Shown one piece after another: positions 1 through 10,314 of a stretch of 64,000 nt of DNA. Source of the DNA: Candidatus Obscuribacteraceae bacterium. GTDB taxonomy: Bacteria; Cyanobacteriota; Vampirovibrionia; Obscuribacterales; Obscuribacteraceae. The notes beneath the pieces were generated by a model. The model was not told the origin of the DNA. It made no database searches and saw nothing but the letters and a program-made list of their open reading frames with translations. Both the position numbers and the translations under genes were made by a program. Every line of letters starts with the position of its first letter. Position 1 is the first letter of the stretch. The stretch is taken from contig JBGAHS010000004.1 of NCBI GenBank assembly GCA_044226015.1, forward strand, positions 448,001-512,000. The letters run 5' to 3'.

Positions 1-3
1 GGA

Positions 4-1968
4 ATGCTTGGGCACCCGACAATGCCAATGAATGCAGTCGATTTTGAAAAACTTGTTGCAGACCTGGAATCGTTTGCGAAGCTAAAGCCGTTTCAGTACA
101 AACTGCGTGTTGCTGCACTGGCTTTGCTGGCTTATGTTTTCATCGCGATGACGATTGCTTTTGTTGCCGGGCTGATTTACTGCTGTTTAACCCTCATCGC
201 GGTGGCGACCAATATTCCCCTCTTTTTTCAGATTGGTGGACTGCACAGCGGAATCATCTTGCTGTACTTCGTATTATTTGGCGTTTGCAAATCATTCTTT
301 GTACGCTTTCGCCCACCTAAAGGTGTGCTCGTCTCTGCTAGTGACTCCCCGAAAATTTTCGAGCTTGTGAATGATTTGCGAGAACAATTAGAATGCCCAA
401 AAATTGATGGTGTCTATTTGAACGCTGATTTCAATGCATCAGTTTATTCGTTGCCGGAAATGGGCTTTTTGCCTAACCACAAACATTATCTTTGTGTGGG
501 ATTGCCTTTGATGCAATCGCTATCGCCGGAACACTTCCGTGCGGTGGTGGCACATGAACTGGGTCATCTTTCTGGGAACCATGGAAAATTTGCTTCGTGG
601 ATTTATAGTGTTCGATCGAACACGGCGCAGATTCTAGAACTAGTAAGAAAGCGCTCAGCTATCGGTGGGTTTCTCTTAAAACATTTCTTCGAGTGGTATT
701 ATCCATATTTCAATGCTTACAGCATGGTGCTTGTGCGACAGCATGAATATGAGGCAGATAAGTGCGCCGCCGAAATAGCGGGAGCAAAAGAAGCGGCGCT
801 TAGTTTGATCAACTGTGAAATAAAGAATCGATATATCGACATTAGATATTGGAAGGAACTGTTTAAGAGAGTAGACGATACTCCGATACCGCCGGTAACA
901 CCGTTTCATGATCTTTCTGAAGTGATGAGCAATTCAGATATGGACCCTGATGCGTTTCGCTGGTATCAAGAAGCATTGTTGAAAAGCACAGGCGCTGAGC
1001 AAACACATCCATCTCTTAAAGATAGAATTGCTGCTATATCCACGCTTGAAGATGCTTGTTTTGAGTCTGATTTCACAGAGGACGATCTGCGACTTGCCTG
1101 GGGGCTCAAGCGAAGTGCTGCCGAAGAATTTCTGCAAAGTAATTTGCCAGACTATGAAAAAAGAATGGACCTGGCCTGGCATAAAGCTTACGACGCTAAT
1201 TGGCGGTTTCTTTATGACGAGAGAGTCGAAGGAAAAGAGCAGTTGCAGCGATATGAAACGACTATGATGAAACGCGAACTCACGGAGGATGAGCTGCTTC
1301 ACAGGGCGCAGCTTTTTGTTCAGCTACGACCTGCGCGTGAATCGATTGTAATACTTCAAGAAACGCTAAAAATTATGCCAGACAATGTGCAGCTAAACTA
1401 CAACCTCGGCGAACGGCTTCTGGCTAATGGCGAACTCTCTGGAATTCAGCTTCTCGAAAAGGTCATTGAAATGCGTCCCATTTATGGTCTTGAGTTGAGT
1501 GAGATGATCTACCAGCATTTGCTTGACCTTGGTGAAAGTAAAAAAGCCCAAGCTTACTTTGAAAAGTTGATGATTTACAAAACTGATCTACACGTAGCAG
1601 CCCGAGAGCGTGCTGGTCTAAAGTCAACAGATAGTTTTATCGCTCACGCTATGGCGGTGCGTGATTTGAGAGCAATCGTAAAAGCAGTTGAGAAAGTACC
1701 TGAAATCTCCTGCGTCTATCTCGTTTGTAAACAAGTAAAGACTATGACAGAGCGTCCTTTCTACATAGTTGTGTTAGACATCAGATTTCAGTGGTTCAGA
1801 TTGATGGACCATGACGAAAAAAGAGCTATAGTGCGCTCCATAAGTAAAGCCGTAGCCTTACCTAGCGAGGGGTATGTAATAGACCTTGCCAGGGCGCCAC
1901 GATCTTTGAAGAAATCACTACATTCGATACCAAATGCAGTTATCTATAAGCGCGGACAATCCTCATAA
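4..1968 (+). CDS. M48-family (HtpX-like) membrane zinc metallopeptidase with C-terminal TPR-like region
   Basis: N-terminal TM helices; 'FNASVY', HEXXH 'AHELGH', 'RQHEYEADKCA' and 'THPSLKDRI' motifs typical of M48. True start may be a few codons downstream. Confidence 0.85.
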   Translation: MLGHPTMPMNAVDFEKLVADLESFAKLKPFQYKLRVAALALLAYVFIAMTIAFVAGLIYCCLTLIAVATNIPLFFQIGGLHSGIILLYFVLFGVCKSFFVRFRPPKGVLVSASDSPKIFELVNDLREQLECPKIDGVYLNADFNASVYSLPEMGFLPNHKHYLCVGLPLMQSLSPEHFRAVVAHELGHLSGNHGKFASWIYSVRSNTAQILELVRKRSAIGGFLLKHFFEWYYPYFNAYSMVLVRQHEYEADKCAAEIAGAKEAALSLINCEIKNRYIDIRYWKELFKRVDDTPIPPVTPFHDLSEVMSNSDMDPDAFRWYQEALLKSTGAEQTHPSLKDRIAAISTLEDACFESDFTEDDLRLAWGLKRSAAEEFLQSNLPDYEKRMDLAWHKAYDANWRFLYDERVEGKEQLQRYETTMMKRELTEDELLHRAQLFVQLRPARESIVILQETLKIMPDNVQLNYNLGERLLANGELSGIQLLEKVIEMRPIYGLELSEMIYQHLLDLGESKKAQAYFEKLMIYKTDLHVAARERAGLKSTDSFIAHAMAVRDLRAIVKAVEKVPEISCVYLVCKQVKTMTERPFYIVVLDIRFQWFRLMDHDEKRAIVRSISKAVALPSEGYVIDLARAPRSLKKSLHSIPNAVIYKRGQSS

Positions 1969-2778
1969 AGACTCGCTGAGGCATTGTCGATAGCCTTCGC
2001 GATAGCTCGGGTAAGCGAGTACTACGCCCAGCTCTTTTATGATGCGGCTGGCATCCACAGCACGGTTGCCTCGCAGTGTTGGGTTGACTTCACTGAGTGG
2101 AACCGAGGGTGGAAGCGGAATCTGCATCTCTGCGCACAACCAGTTTGCGACCTCTGCAAGGCTGCACGGACTTTCATCACCCACGACGTATGTGCTGTCT
2201 TGCATTTTTCCTTTATCGAAAATTGCCAAAATTATCTCAGCCAGGTCATCGATATGAATGCGCGAGACCGAGTTCGAGCCGTCTTCTGGAAGCTTGTACG
2301 TTCCATCTCTTAAGCGCTTGTGCATTCCTGAATTAGGTCCATAAATTCCCGGGGCACGCAATACTATAGCTCCGTGTTCTCTCCAGATGCTTTCGGCTTC
2401 CAGTCTGGGTCGTGCTCTTTCGTCACTACTGTCAGCTTCAGTTTCATCATCTATTCTGCCTGATTTTTTTCCGTATACGCTGGTGCTCGAAATATAGATA
2501 AGATTTCTCGCGCCACTGCATGCGGGTGCAAGAATTTTGTCGGTAAAACCATCGGGTGGAAAAGAAACCAGCATATCTGCATCTTCTGCTAAGCTAGCAA
2601 CAATTTCTGCCGACGGCAACGGCATAATCAATGGCTCAATCTTCAAGTCGGCCAGTTCGAAGATTCTATTTGGATTTCTTGTGCTTGCAGTGATGCGTCG
2701 TCCGTCACGAGCATGTTCCATCACGGCTTTGCCGACCTGTCCCGTTCCCAACAAAAATAAATGATTAGAGTGAGCCAT
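1963..2778 (-). CDS. NAD-dependent epimerase/dehydratase (atypical SDR, YeeZ-like)
   Basis: 'LLGTGQVG' Rossmann motif, 'YISSTSVYG', 'LRAPGIYGP', 'SRIHIDDLA', 'YPSYREG'. Start placed at MAHSNH (2778); the ORF is open to 2805. Confidence 0.85.
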   Translation of the reverse strand: MAHSNHLFLLGTGQVGKAVMEHARDGRRITASTRNPNRIFELADLKIEPLIMPLPSAEIVASLAEDADMLVSFPPDGFTDKILAPACSGARNLIYISSTSVYGKKSGRIDDETEADSSDERARPRLEAESIWREHGAIVLRAPGIYGPNSGMHKRLRDGTYKLPEDGSNSVSRIHIDDLAEIILAIFDKGKMQDSTYVVGDESPCSLAEVANWLCAEMQIPLPPSVPLSEVNPTLRGNRAVDASRIIKELGVVLAYPSYREGYRQCLSESL

Positions 2779-2858
2779 CTTTTTGATCCATTTCTTTTGA
2801 ACCATTCTGTTATCGCTGAAAACTATTATACTTGCGGAGTGTCCTGAGATTTCAAATC

Positions 2859-3338
2859 ATGAAATACACTATAAAGCGTCAAGACTTTGCCCCTGGAGCA
2901 ACTCTAGAGATAGAGCGGGCACCGCTTTCCGGCAAAGTCAAAGTTCGCATGGGTGGTGAGGAGCTTCCAGTTCTTAAAGAAAAAGGACATCCATTCGATG
3001 TGACAATGAAAGACCGCAGTCATCGCAAACTTTATATCAAAGCTCGCTGGCTAGACCCCGTTCCTATGATTATGCTCGACACTGAAGAGATTTTGCTTGC
3101 AGAAAAACTTCGCTGGATTGACTATCTGTTCGGGTGTTTCCCTGCTTTGATGTTTCTTGTATATGGTGCGCTGCCTACAATCATCGCCTTCTTTATGTTG
3201 ATGGCTAACTTCCGTATTCTTCGAACAAAAATGCGCCCCACAATCAAATGGAGCGCAATTTATGCACTTGATATTGTGCTTTTCTGGATTGTTGCTCTAA
3301 TCGTGAAGTTCGTTTGGAACTTCAGTCCAGGGCATTAG
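2859..3338 (+). CDS. Hypothetical membrane protein
   Basis: Soluble beta-rich N-terminus plus about 3 C-terminal hydrophobic segments; ATG at 2859. Confidence 0.65.
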   Translation: MKYTIKRQDFAPGATLEIERAPLSGKVKVRMGGEELPVLKEKGHPFDVTMKDRSHRKLYIKARWLDPVPMIMLDTEEILLAEKLRWIDYLFGCFPALMFLVYGALPTIIAFFMLMANFRILRTKMRPTIKWSAIYALDIVLFWIVALIVKFVWNFSPGH

Positions 3339-3806
3339 TTATTGGAACTTGAGCAACTGCACGTCAAACACCAGCGTGGAGTTTGGTGGAATATCTGGCG
3401 TGGGGCTTCTTTCGCCATAAGCCATGTTGGCCGGAATAACAAGGCGACGCTTGCCACCAACTTTCATCGTAGACACGCCTTCATCCCAGCCGGCGATGAC
3501 TTGATGCGCACCGAGTGTGAAATCAAACGGTTGCTTGCGATCAAGAGAGCTGTCGAATTTGTGCTTATTCAGTGTCCATCCTGTGTAATGAACATAGACT
3601 TGCGAACCAGGACCCGGCGATGGACCCTTGCCTGTCTCAATATCGTAGTACTGCAAGCCGCTTGCTGTCTTAACTACTTTGTTTTGTCCTTCCAGAGGGT
3701 TCGCATTCCATTGTGAAAATGCGGGCGCAGCGCTTAGCGCTAGCCCTGAAAGTAAAGCGAGCGAGAGTACATTTCGGAAGAAAGAATTTTGCATGTATTT
3801 TTTCAC
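3339..3806 (-). CDS. FKBP-type peptidyl-prolyl cis-trans isomerase, exported
   Basis: Signal peptide; 'TASGLQY', 'VHYTGW', 'FDSS', 'VIAGWDEG', 'IPPNSTLVFDVQLL'. Confidence 0.95.
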   Translation of the reverse strand: MKKYMQNSFFRNVLSLALLSGLALSAAPAFSQWNANPLEGQNKVVKTASGLQYYDIETGKGPSPGPGSQVYVHYTGWTLNKHKFDSSLDRKQPFDFTLGAHQVIAGWDEGVSTMKVGGKRRLVIPANMAYGERSPTPDIPPNSTLVFDVQLLKFQ

Positions 3807-3969
3807 CCTGTGTTAACGAGAGTAATTATAGATCTTGACTCCTGCAAATGTCGCAAGCGATGACACTTGTTATCGACTGCTGAAAAAACGCGCTGATGGT
3901 TGAATTGTCGAGAGCGACGAAAACGCCCTGACAGTGTATGCTTTCACTCTCCGGAGGTTTACCCCAAAA

Positions 3970-4560
3970 ATGATTCGCTTACTGGTTGTTGATGACCATA
4001 TTCCTGCTAGAGAAAAGGCCGTTGCAGACCTGTCTTCAGGTGATTTGATCGAAATTATCGGTGAGGCTGAAACCTCGGATGAAGCATTCAAGCTGGCTAA
4101 AGCACTTTTGCCAGATATCGTCTTGCTTGATCTTCATTTGCCTGGGTTGATCACAACCTTTGACCTGGTGAAGCGCTTATCGCAGTTGAAAAATGTGCGC
4201 ATAGTTATGTATGCCAGTCAGGGTAAAGCTTCCGAAGTGCAAGATTATTTAGATGCCGGGGCCCAAGCCTATGTTCTAAAGGATGATGCGCCTGCACTTC
4301 TGAGAATGTCGATTCTAATGGTCTATCGGGGCTCTCAAGGTGTCGTTTCGCCTGCTCTACCGAAAAATCTGTTGCGCCTGAGTGCTCAAGAACGCAACAT
4401 TTTGCGCGAAATCGGGCGTCGTGGTGGTGTGCCTAAAGCAGCCGAGCGAATGGGGCTGACCGAATATGACTTAAATCAAATTCTTTTTCATATTGGAAGC
4501 AAGTTAGAAATTGAAGAAGTCGACAAACTTGCAAAATGGTCCAAAAAGAACGGATTCTAA
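3970..4560 (+). CDS. NarL/FixJ-type response regulator (orphan)
   Basis: 'LLVVDDH', phospho-Asp in 'VLLDL', 'AYVLKD'; degenerate LuxR-like C-terminal HTH ('LSAQERNIL...AAERMG'). ATG at 3970. Confidence 0.85.
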   Translation: MIRLLVVDDHIPAREKAVADLSSGDLIEIIGEAETSDEAFKLAKALLPDIVLLDLHLPGLITTFDLVKRLSQLKNVRIVMYASQGKASEVQDYLDAGAQAYVLKDDAPALLRMSILMVYRGSQGVVSPALPKNLLRLSAQERNILREIGRRGGVPKAAERMGLTEYDLNQILFHIGSKLEIEEVDKLAKWSKKNGF

Positions 4561-4722
4561 GTATTTCGAGCGATTGAGTTTGCCTTACATTAAGAGAAAC
4601 TAGGCAGATGTTCTGCTTGACAATTCGCTTGCTTGAATTTTGTTCAGGTCTGGCACTGCTTTGCAAGTTATAATTCCGAATCTTGTCAAGAAACTGCAAG
4701 TGTTTCTGGCGCGGGGATTCGA

Positions 4723-5940
4723 ATGCTTTTGAAGTCCGTAATCAATATATTCAAGTCGGGACCATTAGCCTGGGCGCTTTTGGTTTTTTTCGGTCTCAAT
4801 TTTGCTTTCCTGGCCTGGAACCCCTTCGGAAGCGTGGACCCTGATGCTCTTCCCATAGCGCGTAATTGGGTCTGGTGGGCTACGCACGAATTCATGGATG
4901 CGAAGAAGCCACCACAGGTAGTGGTGCTAGGCTCTTCGGTAGTAATGCATCCTCTCTGGCACCATGAGGCGGATTACCGTCAGCAAACAGTTGACCTGGT
5001 GGCAGATCACCGCAGTTTATTTCTTGAGAGTGTCATAGAGAAGAATAGTCCAGTCAAAAAAGTCGAGTGTTTCAACTTCGGACTTCCTGGAGCTATGGCA
5101 TCAGATGATTACATGGTGGTGAGAGCTTTGTTCAAGAATGAACAGAAGCCCGCGGTTGTTGTCCTGGGAATTTGTCCTCGCGACATGATAGACAATCGCT
5201 TCAATTGCGCCGGTTCGTCCAAGCATTTCCAATATCTTTCGCGGTTCAGTGAGCCGAAAGAATTGCTCGATTTGTCGATGCCGCAGTGGTGGCAGCGAGT
5301 TGGATATCTTGCTACAGAGTCAGTCTATTTCGCTTCTAAAGCTAGTTCTGCGCAGGTCTTCGCTGCCGAAGCGATAAAGAAAGCGTTCGAACCGATCACA
5401 TCAAAGATGCAGCCGAGTCCGCTAGACCGCAAATCAGAAGAAGACAAACGCTTTGCGATGTTCCAAAATCTTGTGGAAAAAGGCTTCTGGATTGCCAAGC
5501 CAAACGCGCCTTTCATGTTCATGGCTGATACCGCAGACCTGAAAAAGCGATTTAAGAATAAGAACAATCCGTTGTTTGAAAATCAGAAAAAATGGCTTGA
5601 TCTGTGCCTTGAATTGTGCGACCAGAAGGGCATCAGAGTGGTGCTGGTTAACATGCCCAACACTCAGATTGCCAGAGGCGTCATGCCGCCCGGGGTCTAC
5701 GAGCGCCATGTTGCCTGCTTGCAGGAACTCGCGCAAAAGCATAACTGCCAATATGTTGATGCTGATGTGCCAAATCGATATGGCGATAAGGATTTTACAG
5801 ATTGGTGTCATCTCAGTGCTGATGGTGGCAAAAAGGCTTTCGAGTTAATAGGTGCGGCGCTCTCTTCTGACTCGCAGACTGTTGCCAGCCTTGAGCAGCA
5901 CAGTAATCAAATAGCTCAGAAAGAGCTGAAAGGAATGTAG
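4723..5940 (+). CDS. SGNH-hydrolase-like (DUF1574/DltD/AlgJ-like) membrane-anchored protein
   Basis: N-terminal TM; 'VLGSS' and 'DWCHLS' (DxxH) motifs; 9 nt upstream of an MBOAT gene. Start uncertain (ORF open from 4633). Confidence 0.75.
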   Translation: MLLKSVINIFKSGPLAWALLVFFGLNFAFLAWNPFGSVDPDALPIARNWVWWATHEFMDAKKPPQVVVLGSSVVMHPLWHHEADYRQQTVDLVADHRSLFLESVIEKNSPVKKVECFNFGLPGAMASDDYMVVRALFKNEQKPAVVVLGICPRDMIDNRFNCAGSSKHFQYLSRFSEPKELLDLSMPQWWQRVGYLATESVYFASKASSAQVFAAEAIKKAFEPITSKMQPSPLDRKSEEDKRFAMFQNLVEKGFWIAKPNAPFMFMADTADLKKRFKNKNNPLFENQKKWLDLCLELCDQKGIRVVLVNMPNTQIARGVMPPGVYERHVACLQELAQKHNCQYVDADVPNRYGDKDFTDWCHLSADGGKKAFELIGAALSSDSQTVASLEQHSNQIAQKELKGM

Positions 5941-5949
5941 GGGGAAAAG

Positions 5950-7413
5950 ATGTTATTTAACAGTTTCACCTACATGGTCTTCCTGCCGATAGTCGTGCTT
6001 CTTTATTGGGTCGTGCCTAAAAAAGCTCGAACAGCGCTTTTGTTGTTAGCAAGTTATGTCTTCTACATGTTCTGGAAGCCCATATACGGCTTGTTGATAC
6101 TTGCTCTTACTGTGACTAATTACGGACTGGGCATATGGCTTGATAAAGCACAGAGCAACAGAAAGTTGATTCTTGTTCTGGGAATTACTTTCAATTTGTT
6201 GGTATTGGGATTCTTCAAGTATGCCTATTTTGCTCGAGATTCAGTTAACTGGATGCTGAAGCTTGGTGGACCCACTGCTGCTCAGTTGCCGAATTTCCCG
6301 TTCGAAATTATTTTGCCTCTGGGTATTTCATTCTTTGCGTTCGAATTTATTCACTACATCGCAGATGTCTATAAAGGTACACCTGCTGTTCGTAAGTTTA
6401 TGGAGTTTGCGCTTTTTCCGAGTTTCTTCCCAACGCAAATCGCTGGACCAATCAAACGCTTTCAAGATTTTGTTCCTCAGTTGACTCATGACACGAAATT
6501 CAAAATGGAATATTTGAATGAAGGTGTTGAGCTGGTGCTATTCGGACTTTTCAAGAAAGTCTGTCTTGCCGATAACATCGCCATCGTTGTGAATCGCTGC
6601 TATGCGCACCCAGAAATACTCAGTGCCGCCGATATGTGGCTTGCTACATGGGCGTTCTTCTTTGAAGTGTATTTTGACTTCTCTGGCTACACGGATGTTG
6701 CTCGTGGTTCTGCAATGATGATGGGATTCAAGGTGCCAATCAACTTTGATATGCCGATGCTGGCTTCCTCTATTGCTGATTTCTGGCGTCGTTGGCACAT
6801 CTCACTGTCTACATGGTTACGTGATTACCTGTTCATTCCACTAGGCGGAAGCAAAAAAGGCGAGTGGATTACTCAGCGCAATGCGCTTATCACGATGACG
6901 ATAGCTGGACTCTGGCATGGTGCCAGCATGAATTACGTTAGCTGGGGTCTTTATCTTGGTTTGCTCATAGTTGTTCATCGCGAATGGCAGAAGTTCTACA
7001 AAGGCGTTGAATGGCTGAAGAATATTGTGGCAAGCAAGATGTTCCATGTCTTAGCCATTGCTCTCACCTTCAATTCCTTCAGCTTCGGACTGGTTCTTTT
7101 CCGTTCAAAGGATATGGAAATGGCTTGGTCGGTCATGCGCAAGATGTTGTTGCTTGATCCTTCTCCTGTTGGAACTGTGCCCTGGATTCCCAGCACATTG
7201 AACACTTCTAGTTCTGTGATGTTCTTATTGCTGCCGTTTATGCTTGTTTCTTTCTTGATTGCTCAGATTATCGTGCAAAAGTTCAAAGAAACGCCTGGCA
7301 TAATGCCGAACTTCTTTCCCGGATTTAAGCCTGTCTATTTGGCTGCACTTGCAATAATACTGCTGCTGGTGGCACCCGGCGTTACTGCTCAATACATTTA
7401 CTTCCAGTTCTAA
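5950..7413 (+). CDS. MBOAT family O-acyltransferase (AlgI/DltB-like)
   Basis: 'MLFNS', 'LPLGISFF', 'YFDFSGYTD', 'FWRRWHISLSTWLRDY', 'GLWHGA', terminal 'YIYFQF'. Confidence 0.95.
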   Translation: MLFNSFTYMVFLPIVVLLYWVVPKKARTALLLLASYVFYMFWKPIYGLLILALTVTNYGLGIWLDKAQSNRKLILVLGITFNLLVLGFFKYAYFARDSVNWMLKLGGPTAAQLPNFPFEIILPLGISFFAFEFIHYIADVYKGTPAVRKFMEFALFPSFFPTQIAGPIKRFQDFVPQLTHDTKFKMEYLNEGVELVLFGLFKKVCLADNIAIVVNRCYAHPEILSAADMWLATWAFFFEVYFDFSGYTDVARGSAMMMGFKVPINFDMPMLASSIADFWRRWHISLSTWLRDYLFIPLGGSKKGEWITQRNALITMTIAGLWHGASMNYVSWGLYLGLLIVVHREWQKFYKGVEWLKNIVASKMFHVLAIALTFNSFSFGLVLFRSKDMEMAWSVMRKMLLLDPSPVGTVPWIPSTLNTSSSVMFLLLPFMLVSFLIAQIIVQKFKETPGIMPNFFPGFKPVYLAALAIILLLVAPGVTAQYIYFQF

Positions 7414-7449
7414 CTTTTTGCCAGCATGCTAATTCAATGCTTTGCGGTG

Positions 7450-8868
7450 CTAGCGTGCGACCTGCTGCCGGTCGGTTTCTTCGCAGAGAATATCAAAATT
7501 TCGTTTTAACTTCTCTATTGATACCGTGGAAATGCCTCTTGGGTTGTTGATGCCTTTGTTGCCAGGGTCGCGTACGGTGACCAACAAATTATTGAGTTTG
7601 TCTTTGCTAACTCCTATCACGCTGAATGCGTGTCCGGGCTTATATCCGTCAGCAGTTTTATTATTGCCATTAGGCGAGCCAAGTACAATAATTCGATTTT
7701 CATTAGCTGCTTTCACGATTGTATTTTCCAGCTCTTTGTTCGAAAGTTCTTTAGTCAGTACAGTTTTTGCATCATGCCCTGTGAGAGTTTCCATTGCCTT
7801 GCTTATTGAGCCGTCCTCACCTGCCCACTGAGCTCGGGTGAGCTTCTCCATCTTCATTTTCTCAATTGGATTCGCCTTGCTGAACACATACTGGCCATAG
7901 GCTTTCGTCATGACAAAAGACCAGTTGCCAAATTTGTTTTTTTCGGAAAAGTAAAGTCCTAACTCATAACTAGAGGGCGCCGTAAGCGCAATTCCCTTCT
8001 CTAAAACTGGAAATTGAATTTGCATTTGGCTGCCGTCTTTCTTAATCATAGAAAGTACGTCTTGGGGTCGAGCTTTGGTTAAAGAACCAAGAGCTGCGTA
8101 GAAGGAGCAATCACCCGCATACCCTTGCTCAACAGCATCTAGCTGAATGCTTTTGGCAGGGTCTCTTTCGAAGGAGAAGAGTTTGTGAGCCGTCAGATTA
8201 CTTTGATTGGCTTCTATGGCTCTGAGACTATGATAAAACTTTGCCATGTTCGAGTATCCGGGAGCGGTTTGTTTCAATGTCCAATATTGATCAATTTCAC
8301 TTCTTCCAATCTTTCCATTTCTAGCAATACTTGCAAAGTTTGCTTTTAGCTCTGCTAATCTTGCTAGATCCTCCGCTGAAGATGTTTTTGACCTTAGTGC
8401 CTGGTCAACATCAGCGATTGTTGCTGCCCCGTTTTTGTCAGAAGCAATTTTTTTTAGATTGCCCTGATCATCAGCCCAGTATGTGAGTTTGTCTGCTTGT
8501 CCGAATTCCTTATCAACCCTGGCTGACTGTTCTGTAAACTTTCGAAATGCAGTATTTGTTATTTTACTAGCTACAGCTGGCAATGGAGAGGCTGATGCAA
8601 TATTGTCAAAACTTCGATATAAAGCACCAGCGACCATTTCTTGCTCTGGTGCTAGCTTTCCTTCATCTAGGGCTTTTGCTAGGGCATCTTTTGAAATGCC
8701 GTTCTGGTCGCCTCTTGATTTGATTACGCTGTCGCCGATTTTGGCTATGTCAGCCCAAAAAAGTTGCTCAATATTCTCATTGCTGTTCTTATGGTGTTTG
8801 CTGACAAACCTTACTTCCAGGGTTTGGTTCATATTCGTCGTGGGAGGTTTTAAGGCTTCAGCGTCCAT
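7450..8868 (-). CDS. Calpain-like (peptidase C2) cysteine protease, paralog 1
   Basis: 'QGYAGDCSFYAALGSL' (catalytic Cys), 'HAFSV' (His), 'VRDPG'; RBS-like GAGG..AAGG upstream; no signal peptide. Confidence 0.8.
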   Translation of the reverse strand: MDAEALKPPTTNMNQTLEVRFVSKHHKNSNENIEQLFWADIAKIGDSVIKSRGDQNGISKDALAKALDEGKLAPEQEMVAGALYRSFDNIASASPLPAVASKITNTAFRKFTEQSARVDKEFGQADKLTYWADDQGNLKKIASDKNGAATIADVDQALRSKTSSAEDLARLAELKANFASIARNGKIGRSEIDQYWTLKQTAPGYSNMAKFYHSLRAIEANQSNLTAHKLFSFERDPAKSIQLDAVEQGYAGDCSFYAALGSLTKARPQDVLSMIKKDGSQMQIQFPVLEKGIALTAPSSYELGLYFSEKNKFGNWSFVMTKAYGQYVFSKANPIEKMKMEKLTRAQWAGEDGSISKAMETLTGHDAKTVLTKELSNKELENTIVKAANENRIIVLGSPNGNNKTADGYKPGHAFSVIGVSKDKLNNLLVTVRDPGNKGINNPRGISTVSIEKLKRNFDILCEETDRQQVAR

Positions 8869-8893
8869 CCTTATCTACTTGCCTCATCTAAAC

Positions 8894-10312
8894 CTAGCGT
8901 TCCACTTGTTTTTGGGTGGACTCTTCGCACACGCGGTCAAAATTCTGCATGAGTTTTGCGAGCGAAATCTTTGTCGTTCCTCTTGGGTCGTCCTTTCCCT
9001 TATTCGCTGGGTCTCTTACTGTAATAGCCAATTCGTTGTTCTTCGATGACTCAACATCAATGACGCTGAAAGCATGTGCCGGTTTAAAACCATCGACCGT
9101 AGGATTCTTACCTGTTCCTGTGCCAAGAACGACGATTCGCTTTTCATTTTTTGCCTTTAGAAGCATGTCTCTTAGCTCTGTAATGCTTAAGTTCTTGGTT
9201 GCAGTAAAATTAGCATCATGACCCGTTATTGCTACTATTGCTTTTGCAAGTGAGCCATTCTCTCCAGCCCACTCCGCCCGAGTCATTTTATCCATTTTTA
9301 TTCTGTTAATAGGATTAGTCGTATTGTATACATACTGACCAAAGGCTTTTGTAATTACGAGCGGCCAGTTTCCGTACTTGTTTTTTTCTCCTAAATACAA
9401 ACCCAATTCATAGCTGCTTGGTGCTTGAACTGGAAATGCGCTTTTGAAAATTGGAAATTTTACTTGATAGTTGCTTCCTGCCACCTTAATCATTGAGGCT
9501 ATCTCGTTTGGGCGATTTGCTGCAAGAGAGCCAAGCGCTGCTAATATCGCGCAATCACCTGCGTAACCTTGTTGAATGGCATCTGGCACTATACTCTTAG
9601 CTGGCAGCTTTGCATTTTCAAAAAGTCTATGTGCAATTGGATTTTGTTGGTTTGTTTCGATAGCGCGCATTTCTGAATAGAAGTGAGCCATATCCTTATA
9701 GTCTTGAGCGTTTTTTGCAAATTTCCAATACTGATCGATTTCTGCTTTTCCGATTTTTCCTGTTTTGGCGATACTGCTGAAATTCGCTTTGAGCTCTGCA
9801 AGCATAGCCCGGTCTTGAGCTGATGATTCTTTTGAAGCTTGTGCTCGCTCAATGTCGCTCATTGTTACAGCGTTTTTGTCGGAGGCGAGTTTCCTCAAAT
9901 TTCCCTGGTCATCGGCCCAGTAAGTTAGGTTGTCTGCTTTGACAAAGTTTTTTTCTGCAAGCAGTGCGCGCTCTGTAAATTTTCGGAATTCTCCGTCACT
10001 GACCTTTTGTTCACCTATCTGAAAACGGGAACTTTTCTGAAATATATCAAGATTGTCGTAGAGAGAACCAGCGACCATCTCTTGTTCACTGCTAAGTTTT
10101 CCGGACTCCAAGGCATAAGCTAACTTACTTTTTGTAATTCCATCTTTGTCGCCATTTTGTTTTATCAGTTTTGAGCCAATCTGGGATATATCATCCCAAA
10201 ACAATTCTGCAGTATCTTTCTTTGTAGCGCCGTGGTGCTTGCTGACAAATCGGACTTCTAGCGTTTGATTCAGATTCGCTTGCGGTGTTGAGTTAAAAGA
10301 GTCAGTATCCAT
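8894..10312 (-). CDS. Calpain-like (peptidase C2) cysteine protease, paralog 2
   Basis: 'QGYAGDCAILAALGSL', 'HAFSV', 'VRDPA'; colinear with 7450..8868 (shared 'NQTLEVRFVSKHH', 'LTYWADDQGNL', 'APSSYELGLY'). Confidence 0.8.
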   Translation of the reverse strand: MDTDSFNSTPQANLNQTLEVRFVSKHHGATKKDTAELFWDDISQIGSKLIKQNGDKDGITKSKLAYALESGKLSSEQEMVAGSLYDNLDIFQKSSRFQIGEQKVSDGEFRKFTERALLAEKNFVKADNLTYWADDQGNLRKLASDKNAVTMSDIERAQASKESSAQDRAMLAELKANFSSIAKTGKIGKAEIDQYWKFAKNAQDYKDMAHFYSEMRAIETNQQNPIAHRLFENAKLPAKSIVPDAIQQGYAGDCAILAALGSLAANRPNEIASMIKVAGSNYQVKFPIFKSAFPVQAPSSYELGLYLGEKNKYGNWPLVITKAFGQYVYNTTNPINRIKMDKMTRAEWAGENGSLAKAIVAITGHDANFTATKNLSITELRDMLLKAKNEKRIVVLGTGTGKNPTVDGFKPAHAFSVIDVESSKNNELAITVRDPANKGKDDPRGTTKISLAKLMQNFDRVCEESTQKQVER

Positions 10313-10314
10313 GC

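Noticed and set aside
4723..7413. SGNH-like + MBOAT pair as a novel system
   Set aside because: Matches the well-known AlgI/AlgJ- or DltB/DltD-type cell-surface acylation arrangement; only the substrate is unknown.
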